A stretch of DNA of 64,000 bases from Amoebidium appalachense (Eukaryota > Protista > Ichthyosporea): NCBI GenBank assembly GCA_963693365.1, contig CAVNZM010000005.1, positions 12,919,728 through 12,983,727 of the forward strand, given 5' to 3'. Made by a program: the position numbers and the translations under genes. How positions within the stretch are numbered: position 1 is the stretch's first letter; every line of letters starts with the position of its first letter. Positions 31,983 to 46,600 of this stretch are shown piece after piece. The notes under the pieces were generated by a model, which was not told the origin of the DNA, did no database searches, and saw nothing but the letters and a program-made list of their open reading frames with translations.

Positions 31983-32514
31983 ACACGCGCACACGCACAC
32001 ACACACACACATGCACACACACACGCACACACACACATGCACACACACACACACACACAAACACACGCACACACACGCACACACACACACACACACACAA
32101 ACACGCGTGCAAGCACACACGTACGCACACACACACAGAGAGAGACAGAGAAACTTTCTGGTTGGATGCCTGTCTAAATATGAAAACAGTCATCGTATGG
32201 GAGCAAGGGTTCTCTTTTCAATTATCGTTTTGAAGCTATTTGTGTTAATTGCTACCAAACAAATGGTACAGCTCTATTAAGTAAGGATCAGTTTTCGACT
32301 GTGGTTCCGATTGGTGAGATAGGTGGCCAATGCCGAAAACAATGTGTCGTGAAGGCAACATATCAGTAACGTGGTAGTAACCAACACCACCCCCGTCCCT
32401 TTTCACAGACTCCCGGGCAATTCCTTCCATCCAACACTCTGCAGGTGTGTCTATCGCCACGATCACAACATCGACGGCTACTTTGTTGCAAAGCCGAAGA
32501 AATTTCAGATATAG
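31455..32514 (+). pseudogene. Possible decayed NOP2/NSUN1 (RNA m5C methyltransferase) fragments at 31455-31580 and 32401-32514
   Basis: 32401-32514 reads FHRLPGNSFHPTLCRCVYRHDHNIDGYFVAKPKKF, resembling NOP2 [35 protein letters not shown]. 31455-31580 weakly resembles the upstream GFDRVLLDAPCSG..ISKD..VKTN..E.DI..C..LQ block. Order and strand are right, but catalytic motifs are lost. Confidence 0.4.
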
Positions 32515-32912
32515 AAGCCCCCCCTCATGCACGGACCCCTGGACACACACACACAATCATCACACACCTTTTTCAATGTTGTCACAGTGCCCCATTGGCA
32601 ATCTAACCGAATCCCCTCCCCCCCCCCCCCCCCCCACAACCACCACCCTTCTCTTCTCCCTCCTCTCCCTTCGACCCCCCCCCCCCTCCCCCCCACACAC
32701 ACACCAACCTTCGGACACACATGCATGCTCACTTGTACATGTCTTCACCTACACACAACGGCTTGGCATATGCAGTACTGTAACGCACGCGCGCGCGCGC
32801 ATACACACACACACACGCGCGCGCGCGCGCGCGCGCGCAATCGCACACGCACAACACCAGCTGATCTCATGTGTCCAAGGGGACACCTCCCTCCCCCCCC
32901 CCCCCCCCCCCC

Positions 32913-32974
<62 letters not shown>

Positions 32975-33096
32975 TTAAAAAATAAATAAATAAAATAAAA
33001 TAAATAAATAAATAAAAATGCAAAATAAAAATAAAAAAAATATATAAAAAACGGGGAACTTGGGAACGTAATAGATCGAACAAATGGTCTTATTTT

Positions 33097-33198
33097 GTAT
33101 TCTTGGTTTGTATTCTTGGTTTGCATTCTTGGTTTGCATTCTTGGTTTGTATTCTTGCTTTTTATTCTTGGTTTGTATTCTTGCTTTTTATTCTTGGT
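33097..33198. repeat. 13-bp tandem repeat TATTCTTGGTTTG
   Basis: About 8 slightly variant copies. Confidence 0.85.
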
Positions 33199-33302
33199 GA
33201 GTATGTATATAAACTACACCTACATCCATGTACCTGATATAACCCTGTAGGGATATACCTAGCAACCCCCCCATGCCTGGGACTGGTCTCTGTGCCTCGA
33301 TT

Positions 33303-33617
33303 AAACAGCATAAACCCCCATCTGTATATGTGCCCATAGCAACACGAATAAACAGCATAAACCCCCATCTATGTGCACATAGCAACACGAATAAATAGCC
33401 ATAAACCCCCATATGTATGTGCCCATAGCAACACGAATAAACAGCATCATGAAACCCCCATCTATGTGCCCATAGCAACACGAATAAACAGCATAAACCC
33501 CCATCTATGTGCCAATAGCAATACGAATAAACAGCATGTATGTGCCCATAGCAATGCGAATAAACAGCATAAACCCCCATCTGTTTGTGCCCATAGCAAC
33601 ACGACTAAACAGCATAA
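33303..33617. repeat. ~42-46-bp minisatellite, ~7 copies
   Basis: Unit AAACCCCCATCTATGTGCCCATAGCAACACGAATAAACAGCAT with small indels; no unique spacers. Confidence 0.9.
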
Positions 33618-35175
33618 GGGCCTCAGAGTCTATGTGTCCCAAAGTTCCCGTTGGTGGAAGGAGACAAAAGCAGACGGGAAGGGGGTGAGGGAATGGAACG
33701 AGAAAAATAAGTGAATTTTTTTTTGTTTGTTTGTTTTGGGAGGGAAGGGGGGGGGGGGGGGGGGGGGGGGGGGGGAGATCCGGAGGTGCCGCCATCCCCA
33801 CAGGAAAACAAAGGGAATTTTTTATTTATTATTATTATTATTTATTTTTATTTATTTTTTTCGGGGGGGGGGGGGGGGGGGGGGATTTGTTTCGAATCAC
33901 TGAGGTTGTGCATGCAACTCGAATCGGTCTGTAACGAACGTGCTTGTTCAAAATCTGACAGAGAATTTAGTGAAAAGTTCACATCCGGAACTGATGTCCA
34001 CACGTACACTGCTCCGACATCATTCTGTGCGGTGTGCGTGCAACTTGAAACTTTGAGGGGGGTTGGAAATAAACGGACTCCAGGAGCAATAGAGAACCAT
34101 CCAGAGTAAATACCGTCAATTGCTTAAGTAGAGTATGAATGTCAACACACGGGTCAAGTTCAACGGTACCCCCGTGAATATTAAAGCTGTCACATCTGTG
34201 AGACTTCCTCGGGCACAAAACCCCCTCCCCCCCCCCCCTCCCCCCCCCCCCCCCCCTCCCCCCCCCCAGACAAAGTTGTTGTGCAGGAGTACAGTGCAAG
34301 GGACGAAGTATTGAGGCGCTGAATGGAAGCCACACTCCATCCATGTGGTACAGGCCAGGCAAAGCCGCAGGCTGACCGGCATTCCTGGTATTTGCCATAT
34401 ATGGTGCAAGTGTGTATGTAACGCTAGCCAATTGGAAGCATTGTATTGATATAGTGTTACTCCACGTATGGACCAATCAGGCTGTTGTGATATGCAATTA
34501 AATGCCCCGTGTTCCCATAATGAATTTGGTTCCCAGCTACAGTTATGGAAATTCCTGTGGGAGGAGCAGTGAGACATAGCTGACTGGTCTCAGTCTGGGC
34601 AATAGGCTGCTTGCTGCTTTCACATCACTGCGATTCTCAGACTACCCGATCAGTCTTACGTCCCCCCCACCCCCCCTCTTCCCCGGCTCCTCCTCCGCTC
34701 TTCATCTATTCCACACACATACTGTAGGCGGGTATGTAACCTGGGCCACTTCTATGATTGCCAAACGATTACGCACAGGGGGCCAAATGCGATCAAAACA
34801 GGTAAAAAGCAGCCTATAGCCAGTATAGCAAATGCTTGCAAAAACCAGGGAGAATGTTTTGGAAATGTGGTGGTTCCATGGGTGGGGTACTTTTCTTTTT
34901 TTTTTCCTTTTCTTTTTTTTGTAGGAGGGCCCAAGTCCTATGATGCCATATGTACATAGTAGAGCTCTCGAGACAAGCTACTGATTAGAGAGAAGAGCGA
35001 GGTACGGAAGGAAGCCATTCACATCCTTCGAATCCCATTCTTCTGACCCCTACAACTTCATGATGAGGAGGGATGGGGGGGGAAGAGGCCGGGGGGAGGG
35101 GGGGGGGGGGGGGGGGGGGGAGGGGGGGGGGATCACTGCCCGGGCTTAATAACGGGTGCACGTGGTGGTGGTGGT

Positions 35176-35206
<31 letters not shown>

Positions 35207-35510
35207 GGGTAGTCTCCATGGAGCTGCACACAGTTTAAAACCAGCAACAAACGGCCCCGATTGCATTTCGAAAGGCTCCGAGGCAGTGACACCACATTAT
35301 GTCCCACAATCAAACACCTGAGAATCCGACCTTCAGTTTCACCGATGTTTGCCTCATGGCATCTGGGTGACCATCGTTCAACGTGCAGCAGAACCCTGCC
35401 TGCACAAGCCTACGGTTCGATCTTTGGCTCACTGCGAGACGAGTTGAGCCACTGACAGAGATCGCCCCTTGTTAGTTGCTGAAAAACCATGGAAGTCGAA
35501 TATCCCCCCC

Positions 35511-35563
<53 letters not shown>

Positions 35564-35624
35564 GTGATTTGAAACGCAATTTTCATCTGGCTGGATACAC
35601 CAATAACCCCTTTTTTTTTTTCTT

Positions 35625-35661
<37 letters not shown>

Positions 35662-36338
35662 GCATGGCGCTCCACCCCATGCAGCCTTATGAGCATTTAC
35701 GTGTATTGGCGCAGGCCCCCGAAAGTGTTGCAACACTGAAATTAAATTCCAATACATTACACACGGGTGAGACTGTGGGTGGGTGTGCGTTCCTACCTTA
35801 GGCTGGTCCGTGTGTGAACATTGTGCATGTGAGCATCCATGCAAGTGCACTGTGTGTTTGCATCCAATCATAACCTGCCCGGCTACATGCATGTGTTCTC
35901 TGGGTGGCCTGTTGAAGGGACTGTTTTCAGATGTACAATACTGCCGCAAGTTGTGTTGCAGTGTACATTATGTGTATACGGTTCCGTCAATGTCTCAGAT
36001 AACGATGATTCCTACCTGCATGCACGCGCACTCGTTCCATGTGAACAGTTTCCCCCGAGTTGCTGAGGACTATATAACAAGGGGGCACTCCGCATAGAAA
36101 AAGAAATAATGATATTTCTGAGAGTCATGAAACAGGGAAAGAAGACCTTGACTATTATGTTAGGAAAGCGAATCGAGTACTAATGCACACTATTCACCAA
36201 AAAAAAAAAAAAAAAAAAAGGAAGCAGAGCCGTCACAGTAGCATATGTGTAAATCTAGTTAAATATTCTGAGAGCATGGTTAGCAGTCTCAGTCGGACAC
36301 TTAGAGGGTGGTGGTGGTGATGATGGTGGGTGGTGGTG

Positions 36339-36417
<79 letters not shown>

Positions 36418-36552
36418 AAGGGGCTTTGTTCTGTTTTCACTGAAGTACACGTGTAACATTAACAGGGTCCGGAAGGAACAGGTGACAGAAGCATCCGGTA
36501 GGTATTAAGCTACAGAGACTCCTGTGTCACGGGGGTCATAATGCATATGCAT

Positions 36553-36605
<53 letters not shown>

Positions 36606-37540
36606 CGCCCCCAGACGAGGGCCGGGGGCACAGTAGATGATAATCTCCCACAATCAACACCCGAAGCTTATGCTCAAAGAGGATTCGGGCATTAGCCATG
36701 CACAGTCGGCGGCCTCCAATGACCGAAGTAATTGTGGTGTCATTTATTACACCAAACTCTGACACCAGCTTCATGGTTGTAGGGGAGTTCATATGCCGCC
36801 CAGAACAGTTGCTGAAGCCATAATATATCTTGTAGACAGTCACGTAATGCTTATCGTACTTGGCCCACTTTGAGGTGTTACAGTTAATGGCTTCCATTAT
36901 GCCTTCAACCCCTCACCAAACACCAATGTTTATTCCTACGGAATGGACATACCCATCGAAATAACCAACCTAGTTGACCCCGGTCCACTCCCCCCCCCCC
37001 CCCCCCCCCCCCCTCTCTCTCTCTCTCCCCCCCCCCCCCCCCCTTCCCCCCCTCCCCTTTCCCCCTTCTCCTCAAGCGGCCACCAGCCACTTAGTCTATG
37101 CATATTGAGTCATTTTGCGGAAAGGAACATCGATGCATGCTAACATGACATAATCAAAACGACTATTCCCCCCCCCCCCCCCCCCCCCTCCCCCCCTCCC
37201 CCCCCCCCTCCCCCTCCGGAGCTCCCTTCCCCCACCCAAAAAAAAGGATGAAACCCCCCAAGCCCCCTTTAAGTTCTCTTCCCTCCCCATCCCCCCCCCC
37301 CCCCCCCCCCCCCCCCCTTCCCCCGCGGCCCTCCATCCCTCCTCTCTCAATGCCTCCACCCCCACCCACTTGCATAGTTTCCAATCCCCTTCTATCCTTT
37401 CCTCCTTCGCACACACAATTTCACTTAACTTATGATATATTGGTCCAGCCAAACATCTGCAAACCTCCCCCCCCCCTCGCCCCCTCCCCCTTCTCTCTCT
37501 CTCCCCCCCCCCCCCCCCCCTCCCCCCCCCCCCCCTTTCT

Positions 37541-37571
<31 letters not shown>

Positions 37572-37736
37572 CCATCACTCACCCCACTCCCACCGTTATT
37601 CACACACATTGATCAGCAGCCAAAAAAAAGGGGGAAACCCCCAAGCCCCCTTTCTTTTTGTCTCCCTCCCCACCCTCCCCCACTCTCCCCCCTCCCCGCA
37701 TACCCCCCGCCCCCCTCCCCCCCCCCCCCTCCCCCC

Positions 37737-37782
<46 letters not shown>

Positions 37783-38223
37783 ACAAAAAAAAAAGAAAAA
37801 GCACCATGGAAACCATTTTGGAGGGATTCTTATTGGTGAATGGTATATACCTTCAGTGAATAGCACTATGCATAGTAGTAATGAAACCCAGTGGTAGCTT
37901 GTTACGAGTGCAGGATTTTGGTCCTGGAAGTTGTATATGTGCCTATGTGTGTGTGTGTCTGGGCTCTAGTAATGGGGCATGCAAACGTACGAAGGCACCG
38001 TGATAGTCTCTTAGAAATTAGACTTCTATCTCACTAAAGCATATGCCCTGCAGTATATATGCAAAGTAGTACTACGTGGTAGAAAGCTTTTGCTGATCTC
38101 CGATCATAAACCGGTCCTACAGATCTAGAATGGCAGCAATCGTGGATTCGTGTGCGTCTTGTCCATATATGGAAGCCGGCTGAATCGGGCATGACTGATA
38201 GCTATTCGTGATAAAGGGCTTGG

Positions 38224-38365
38224 TTTTATGGGCGTGTACTTGCACATGCATGCATGTGTTTTATGGGCGTGTACTTGCACATGCATGCATGTGTTTTATG
38301 GGCGTGTACTTGCACATGCATGCATGTGTTTTATGGGCGTGTACTTGCACATACATGCATGTGTT
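38224..38365. repeat. 35-bp minisatellite, 4 copies
   Basis: Unit TTTTATGGGCGTGTACTTGCACATGCATGCATGTG. Confidence 0.9.
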
Positions 38366-39039
38366 TGTGTGTGCAAAGACAACACACGTGCACATGCAGG
38401 TGGCAGACTTCAAGCATCACCTTTGCTGCCTTTGGCTGCTCAGGCTGGTGGTGGTGGGCAGAAGGGAGGGAGGGGAGGGGGGGAGAGGGGAGTTGCCCCC
38501 CCCTCCCCCCCCCTACCTCACCCACCCACCACCACCACCACCCTTCCCCTCCACAATGGGCCATGGGCACAGTCACACCAATAGGGCTCATTTGAAAATA
38601 GCAACACACATATGCAGTCATGCACCCATACAGGGGCATTGTGTGTGGAATGGCCCTGATTGGGCGGTCTATTGAGGTGGCCAATCAAAATCACCTGCTG
38701 CCTATACACGATTTATGTGCGCGGCCGTTGCTCTAAATATAGCCCCGGGCATCTACTCTACATCGGGTGGCCTGTGTGTGGTGCTGCCACAGACGGGCCT
38801 AAACTGTACATGCGCTCCAGTATCAAACCCTAACCCTGCAAAAGGGGGTTCTAATGAACCTAAATTTACGGCTGCGTGCAAACTTACGATAGATGCTTTC
38901 TAAAGACAAAAAATAAAGGGGACAAGGAGAGGATGTTCGTACTGTGTTCGCTTCTAGGATGAAAAAAGGCACCAGCTATCATACACGCCTATACATGTGC
39001 GCCACCTCTTTACGTGCACACCTTCTCCCCACCCACCCG

Positions 39040-40562
39040 CTACCCTATTTGTGAGGATTTAGTCCTCGAAAATGCAGCGGCAAATCTTGAATTGTCACTG
39101 CCTCTTGGTATTGCTGGCTGATCGGCCTCTTGTGCCGTGCTCCTCCGAGCAAACCCATTGGAGGATTTGCGTGCAGGCCTATCCCCCTTGATGCTCCCTG
39201 TACGCTGGAATGCATCCGCCACTATGGCGCCTAGACTCTTCTTCCTCTGGCCCGTGTACACCACCCCCTCACCAATAATGTCTGGTAGGTCGTTGGGCAG
39301 CCCACTTTTTTCTCTCCCAAACAGGGCAGCCAGGCTGTTTCTCCTCTTTGGCCGTGGATCATAGACGATGGCCGGGTCACTGTGGCGGTGGTGCATGTCG
39401 GGGGGTTCACTGGAGACCCCAAGGAGGTCTGGTGCAGACAGGGGGGGCACAGTGCCGGGGGTAGGCGACCAACCCTGGGCCAGGCTGGCAGTCGGGCCGT
39501 TGGAGGGGGACCGCTGCATGCGCTGGCTGTTGCTGCGCACAAACGTCAAAGACCCCTGGCGCCTATAGGTACCCCCCTCACTGGAATTTACAGTGGGTGG
39601 GGGGGTGCTCCTGCGGCTGGCCAGAGGCACATTGCTGTCACTGGGAAGGTCCAACCCTGGGTAGGTGGTGGGGGTGGGGGGGTCTGCCTGGGGAAGTTTG
39701 GAGGTTTTGGATACGGCTGGGCCGGGCAGGGTGGGTCTTGGTGGGGGGCGCAGTATGTCGACAACAACAAAACACAGGCCCAGCATGGATGCTGCTAGCA
39801 CGAGGTAGTGGAAGACGGTCAGGCCTGGAAGCAGGTGGAAGACAAGTAGGGGCGCAAGCACACACAGTGCACCCCGGAGAGATGGGCCCAGGTAACCGTG
39901 TTGACGTATGTCCCTGCAGGGTGGCGGTAGTGAGCACTAGGGGGGGGGGGGGGGGGGGGGAGGGGGGGGGGGAGGAATGGCTGTGTTTCACCTTGGTGCG
40001 TGCGAAAGTGGTGTTGCACTTTAGTGGTTTTTTTTTTTTTTTTTTTTTTTTTTGAAATGCTCAAAGTCATGGGCATGATAGATACAGTAGCAGCAAGGAT
40101 TGCCTCCAATGAAATGAGTGTTGCACTTTTTTATAAAGTTTAAAGTCACGGGCACAATAGATAGCATCAAGGAATGCCTCCAACCACTCGGGTAGCAGAA
40201 AAGGGCAGAAGGGGGGGACCAGCAGGATGGCAATAAAACAATGAACCACACCGACAAACGGCAACTCACCAGCTGACCACCTATCCACGCAGCCTGACAG
40301 AGAAAACCTCGCCAAACACAAAGAGTGTCCGTGGATGGGCACTCATACAGACGTTAAAACTTGCAAACACAGCACTAACATACACACAGGTTAGTGCATT
40401 TACGCACGCACAAGCAGGTGAGCTCACATAATAAACATGCACATCTTCTCACGAGTGAGAGCCCACGAGCGCGTGCACAAACCTGCAGAACGCAAGCACA
40501 CACATCACACGCACACACACACGTGTCCCGCTTGCGCACATGGTAAGTGTGCATGCACACAA

Positions 40563-40641
<79 letters not shown>

Positions 40642-41263
40642 AGCCCACACACACGTTCCCGTGTCAACAAAAAACCACGAAACTATAGATCCAGGAAACC
40701 TTTCCACGCGCCACACAGCTCCCGTGTGGGTGTCACGCACGTGCAACGCACACATATAATGGTACCAGGTGGCGAACTAAAGCTGGAGAGTGTCTGGCAA
40801 GCCACAGCCACATAATACGGACGGAGACAGAAGGTAGGAAGGAAGCAAGGGGAAAATAGTGAAAGAAAGGGAGAAAAGGGTTATGGAGCCCACCAAACCC
40901 ACTCACAAGCGGGGCCACAGTGCACAGCCTGCACATCAAAAAATGACCACAAGCACACAGCATACAGCCAACCATGGTCACCCTCAAACGTGCACACCAA
41001 TCTCCACCCCCCAAAGTTCGCTCTTTCTCCTCCCCCGACCCCTCCCTTCCTCCCCTCCCCCCCCTCCCACCCGGGCCTCAATCTCACGTGCAACAAACCG
41101 CGCACCTTGAGAGCTGGCTCCTTCCCACGTGCCTCAGTGCGTGGCCTGCGACCAGCTCCACGTTGAAGGCCAGCTGCCAGGCCGTGGCCGCAAGCACACC
41201 GTCGCCCCTGTCGGCAGCCGGTGGGGGCAGGGCCTGCCAGCCACTCTTTGCTGCCGTAGCCAT
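39040..41263 (-). CDS. Uncharacterised membrane protein with two hydrophobic segments and a long S/R/P-rich tail; minimal model exons 41263-41106 and 39913-39040
   Basis: GCCATGG start, AG|GTGCG donor and CTGCAG acceptor join in frame (..SQLSR/DIRQHGYLG..). Hydrophobic LCVLAPLLVFHLLPGLTVFHYLVLAASMLGLCFVVVDIL is followed by a tail with RRxS/RKxS motifs. Extra small internal exons cannot be excluded. Confidence 0.65.
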
Positions 41264-42856
41264 GGCAGCCGTGCTTAGCGCGCACAGCCGCAGACCATGT
41301 TATGCTCCTATAGGAATAGTAAGCCTGCAACGTATACGGGTAATAAGTCTGCACGCACGCAATAAAACATATACACCACCAACCCAACAATTCTAGCAGC
41401 TGACCAAACGAACTGCGTACAGGCAGTCACAGTGCGTGATCAAAACATGGCAGAGCCGTGAGGCGTGGTTGATTGAAGGCGCCACGGCTTGACCAATCAG
41501 CGCGCGAAACGACACTGTGCGTTTCGCCGATGTGTAGGTGCATCTGCACCAAATCGACATGGTTGCGTTGCGCATGAGAAACGGACTGGTGCGCCGCCAA
41601 GAGCAAAAAACAGAATAGGCCTAACATACACTTCTGTTATTCGATATCATTCAGGCTTTTAGTAATTAGTATTACATATACCTATAAAAAACACTCCGTT
41701 TATTTCCCAAGCGAGTTGTCCAGCATGAGGTGAATCATTCATGACCCCCGAGATCTCCCCTGATCAACCATGATCCCGAGTTCTTGAGTGACTAAAAGTG
41801 ATACGCCTTCAGTAATAAAACATTTTTGGCACATGGGTTTGTATTAGGGGAGCCTGGAAATACAGGAGCTTATTCATATACTGTAGATAAATCAAAAAGT
41901 GTGATGCGTAGTACAATACTCTAGAAATTGAATAGATTTTGATCAACGACGGTGTCAAGGTATCATGATAATATCTCGTATATTCCGGATCGATTATATA
42001 TTTTATATCTCATACAAGTATTTATATATATCTGTTCAAATAGGTGGGTCCTTACAGAGGCAACCTTGTAGAAAGCTGCTTTTGGGCTCCAAAAACATTT
42101 TAAAAAATAAAAAAAGACTTTTTTATACCCCTTAAAGCTATTATGGAGACTCCGTAGAATCATTCGGAAACATGGATTTCTTTACCAAAAAAATTCAATG
42201 GCTTCTATTTTTTTTTTCTTTTCTATTTTGCTGAGCATATTAATAAAGTCACTATAATAAAAAAAATTAAACGTTGAACACAGAACATCCAGAACTGTTC
42301 TAGGGAGAAACGTTTAGGAATTGAGTAACTGTGCAAAAGCTCAAGGCATGACCTGTAGCCAATCTAAGCTCGCTTTGGCACTGCTGGCATCGGCTTTATC
42401 TTGAGTTTCGGAAAAACCGTCTGTGCACGTCGAACGTTGCACTGCAGTCTGAGGTTGCTCAGGTCTCAGCCCGGCACAGGCTGTACCGTTCTCCACCAAG
42501 TTGCTTGAGGCATGTCGAGCATTCTAAATATTCTGATTTAAGTCTATGTAAGGCCAAAATATGACGGTAGCTATTAGAGGAGCCACAGTGTGCTGTGGAC
42601 GTGTACTAAACAGTTTAGGAAGGAGTTTTTTTGCACCTCGTGAACGGTTGTGAGCAAGGAATGTGATCGATTGCGTGCGAGGTAAGGCTTCCCGTTGAAA
42701 GCCTGATGAAGGGCTTGCAAGAGATAGTTGTGATGTTTGTACTTGGGCGTTGAGAGTGAGGGAAAGGGGAGTTGGTAAGGAGGCGGGGAGAGGGGGGAGG
42801 GGAGGGAGGGAGGTCAGACGGAAAGATGCTTGTGTGAGACTGACCTCCTCCTCATG

Positions 42857-42893
<37 letters not shown>

Positions 42894-43544
42894 GGGGGGG
42901 GGGGGGGGGGGAGGGGGGGGGTAGGGAAGGAGGGGCTACGAGGACACGCCTTCTTAGATAACTAGCTGCTGTTATGTAATTGATGCTCGGCTTACTTAAA
43001 ATTGGTGTGGACTAGGGGAACGCGCGCGTGCGCGCGCGTTGTGTGTTTGCATGGCCATGCACGCATGCGTGTTTGTGCATGTGTGCGGCGTGTGCCCATA
43101 TGTGGGAGGAGGGTGGAGGTGGTGAGAGGTGATGCACCCTGAAGTGCGAGGAGGTACTCTGAACAGATATGGCGTGGGCCTATGCAGCCACCGTGCTGCC
43201 AGCACCCTGTCTGTGAAATATCGAGCAGCACCCATGGGTCACCAGCAGCCTGAAGGTGAGTGCCACAGTGCAAACACACCGACAGCATTTATCTCCCCTT
43301 GCAATAGTATTGTATACCCGTTCTCCTGTAGATGAAGATGGGAGGAAGCCGTAAAGTAACAAGTCAAATAGGCGCTGAATTTTAGAGAGTTTCGATTTAG
43401 CTTGCCAAAAGACACTCACTCTCCTTTATTTAATAAAAACCGCCAGTAGCACACACAAAGTTCATGGACGAACACCGTGGCATTCTCTCCAAAACACCCT
43501 ATCCCTCTCTCACTCACGTCACACATACGTGCACGCACACACAC

Positions 43545-43638
<94 letters not shown>

Positions 43639-43784
43639 ACGCACGTGCGCGCACATGCACACACACTGGCACACACGCACGCACCCACACACACAGGAAA
43701 ATACACACACACATACACACGCACGCACACGCACACGCGCACACGCACATACACACACACACACATATATATACATATACATAT

Positions 43785-43830
<46 letters not shown>

Positions 43831-44546
43831 ATACATACACCCATACCCACAAACACGTGCGCGCACAAGCACACAAGCACACCGTTGAAACAACCGCGCT
43901 GCTTGGAGCTGGCTCCCCCCCGCATTCGCCCTAGGTCAATCTAAAAATAGTCTTGCTGGCTTATTGGTCAAGGCCATTTTAGTACAACCAATAAAAAGCT
44001 GCAATGGTGCGTCTCATTTTCGAACGCCGATCTGACAGCACTGCGGATGTGCAGAACCGCGCCGCGCTGCGCGCTGTTTACCAAGCAAGAAGAATTAGAC
44101 GATTGTACTGGGGTAGCTTTTTATAATTAAAATTCTTAGAGCCAATGACCATGTCTTTACATAAAAGCGCATAGCAGCGATTGAAGGTTGTGTTGTAGTG
44201 TTGTGCTTGCTGTTGCCACAACCAGGTGGTGTTTCAAACCCTAAAGCGTTATCGGCAATAAGGCTTGAGGGATCCATTCAAAAGCACCCAATCATGATAG
44301 ATTACAATCTCACAATATGCTGTAACCCAATCATACGTTTGTAATATCACGGCATAATCTAGGCGTCAACAATAGAGCTATCCATATATGGTTATCGCGT
44401 TCTATATCTCCGCTGATAACTCTGTGCAGGGTGCCGCGCCCTCTTCAGTTAACGTTCGTGAACGGTCGCATTTAGCTCAAACTCCCCACGCCACTTTGCT
44501 TTTTCCTTCATATTATACTCAGTAGAGCTAGGCGGCAGCAGGCAGC

Positions 44547-46557
44547 ATGGCCACGCAGCTGCAGCGCAAAGGCACTGCCCCACGGCATCTTGCCGTGGCC
44601 ATGGGCGATGGCGATGTGCTGCAAAACACATCACTGCAGCGCACGGCAAGCACACAGCTGCAGCGCCGTTCCAGTGCACGTGTGCAGGTCGACCAGGAGC
44701 GTGCAGAGGCGGTGCCAAAGACAGAGGTGGAGGACAAGCAGAGGAGGAGGCGGCGCATATTGATTGGTGTGGGGGTCGTGGTGGGCCTGGCCGTGGTCAG
44801 TGCCATAGCCGGGGGGATTGCTGCGGCAACATCAGGCAGCAGCAAGGGTGCACCTGCACCCGTGCAGGCAGACGAGAAGACACAGACAACAGCGGCCCCA
44901 CCGCGCACCCTAGTGCGCTCAACCGTACCTGTGGTTACACACGTGCCCCTGCCGGTCACACCCCCCGTATTCACCACCCAGCCCACAAACACCTCTGTGG
45001 CCCTGCCCACACCAACAAATGTCACGGTGCCACAATCACAGGTAGATGGGGGGGGGTGTGGTTGTACAATGTGTGTGTGTGTGCAAGGGTTTAAGTGGTG
45101 TGTGGCTAGTGCGTGTGTTTTGGCACTTTTGCACTTTCAGTTTTTTTTTTTTTTTACTGGGCTGCCTTGAAAGTGCGGGTGCTCGTGTGTGTGTGTGTGC
45201 ATTGACTGTGTGCACATGCACGGGCCTGGGTGTGTGTGTCTGTGGGCTGCTACTGGACGTACGTAAGAATGCCACGAAATCATGCTCGTGTATGCACTCT
45301 TGGCACATGTGCGTACTTCCAGGTGACAAAGCTGCGTAGATGTAAAGAAAGAGGTGGTAGAGATATTGCACTCTGGTTTATGTGTTCTACGGGGGTGGGG
45401 GGATTGGTGGTCTCTTAGCCGTTGGATATTGCACTTTGATTGGCCTCCTACCATGCCCTGGTGCAAAAACACATCTTCATATGGGGTTAGAGAGCCACGG
45501 GGCTACATGCCCCGGCATGCATTTAGTTTTTATTCTTTATCAGAGTGTGCATGGGGCACCGTTTGTGGTTTTCTCTCATGATGCTCACTAGTGCTCGTGC
45601 CATAGGGTCTGATAGGAAGGTGTGCTACATACTCGTATGATATGGGCCGACAAGAAGGTGTGCTATTCATGCCGCTGACAGCATGACCGTAGTATAGTTT
45701 ACTAATGTTTATTAATGTGCACACCTTTGTACCGTTTCGTTCGTTTCCTATTCTGCAGTCCCCCCGCCGCCCCCCCTCCCCCCCTCCCCCCGCCCCCCGC
45801 CCACCGCCACCACCACTACCCACCAACCCGGTATCAACCCACCAATGCACAACCCCCTCGTCCCATTCCTCCCTCTTCTTTCTCGCCATTGAAGAGAGCA
45901 CACATCAATCTCCCTCTCCAAACATCAACTCTCTCATATGTAAATCTGACCCCTTCTCCACAGACCAGGCCGGCAAAGCCGCCCAAGCCCATCAAGTTCC
46001 CATGGCCCACGGCAGCCAATGGCATCATCCAGGGCCCATACACGTTTTCATACACGGCACGTGACTACACGTTCACAATTGACCCCCTGGCCAAGGAGGA
46101 GTTACAGGACCGCAGCAACGACTTTCTTCCCATTTGTGGCCAGTTGGATGTGGGCGGTTGGCCCCAGTGGCGGCACCTGCAGAACCAGATCCACGGGGAG
46201 TGCATTGGCATCGATAGCGGGGACAATCTGCTTTACTCCACACCCTGTGATGATACAAGCAGGGCACTGGCCTTCTGCTGGAATAATGTGACTATGGACG
46301 TGAGGACCGTGCCTAGCGATGCCTCTGATGGTATGTGTGTGCCTGCATGTGTGGTGGTTGTAGTTGTGTTTGGGTGGTTGGGTGGGTGGGTGGGTGGGTG
46401 GGGGGGGGAGGGAGGAGGAGGAGGAGGATCGCGTTTGCGTGTGGGGGGGAGGGGGGTTTATAATCCGTGCTTGTGACTGCCTATCTGTGTGTGGGTTTCT
46501 CATATGTGTGTGCAAGCGTGTCGGGTGGCAGTGTGGGAGGTGGGCAGAATGCCGGAA

Positions 46558-46600
<43 letters not shown>

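Noticed and set aside
33303-33617. CRISPR-like periodic array
   Set aside because: Whole units repeat with no unique spacers and no cas genes; it is an ordinary minisatellite. The same applies to 23208-23417, 28910-29110 and 38224-38365.
34528-34563. ETS-domain-like peptide GSQLQLWKFLWE
   Set aside because: Only 12 residues, followed by stops and no further ETS motifs; consistent with chance.
38826-38837. AAACCCTAACCC as an alternative telomerase template or telomeric seed
   Set aside because: No enclosing helix, pseudoknot or H/ACA elements were seen nearby; it is only two telomere-like repeats.
42680-42725. Hammerhead-like CTGATGA after a short hairpin
   Set aside because: No stem II followed by GAAA, and the register at the cleavage site is wrong.
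42640-43355. Small spliced + strand gene (donor ~42682, exon 43167-43255, acceptor ~43331)
   Set aside because: Splice signals look plausible, but no start codon or recognisable product could be established.
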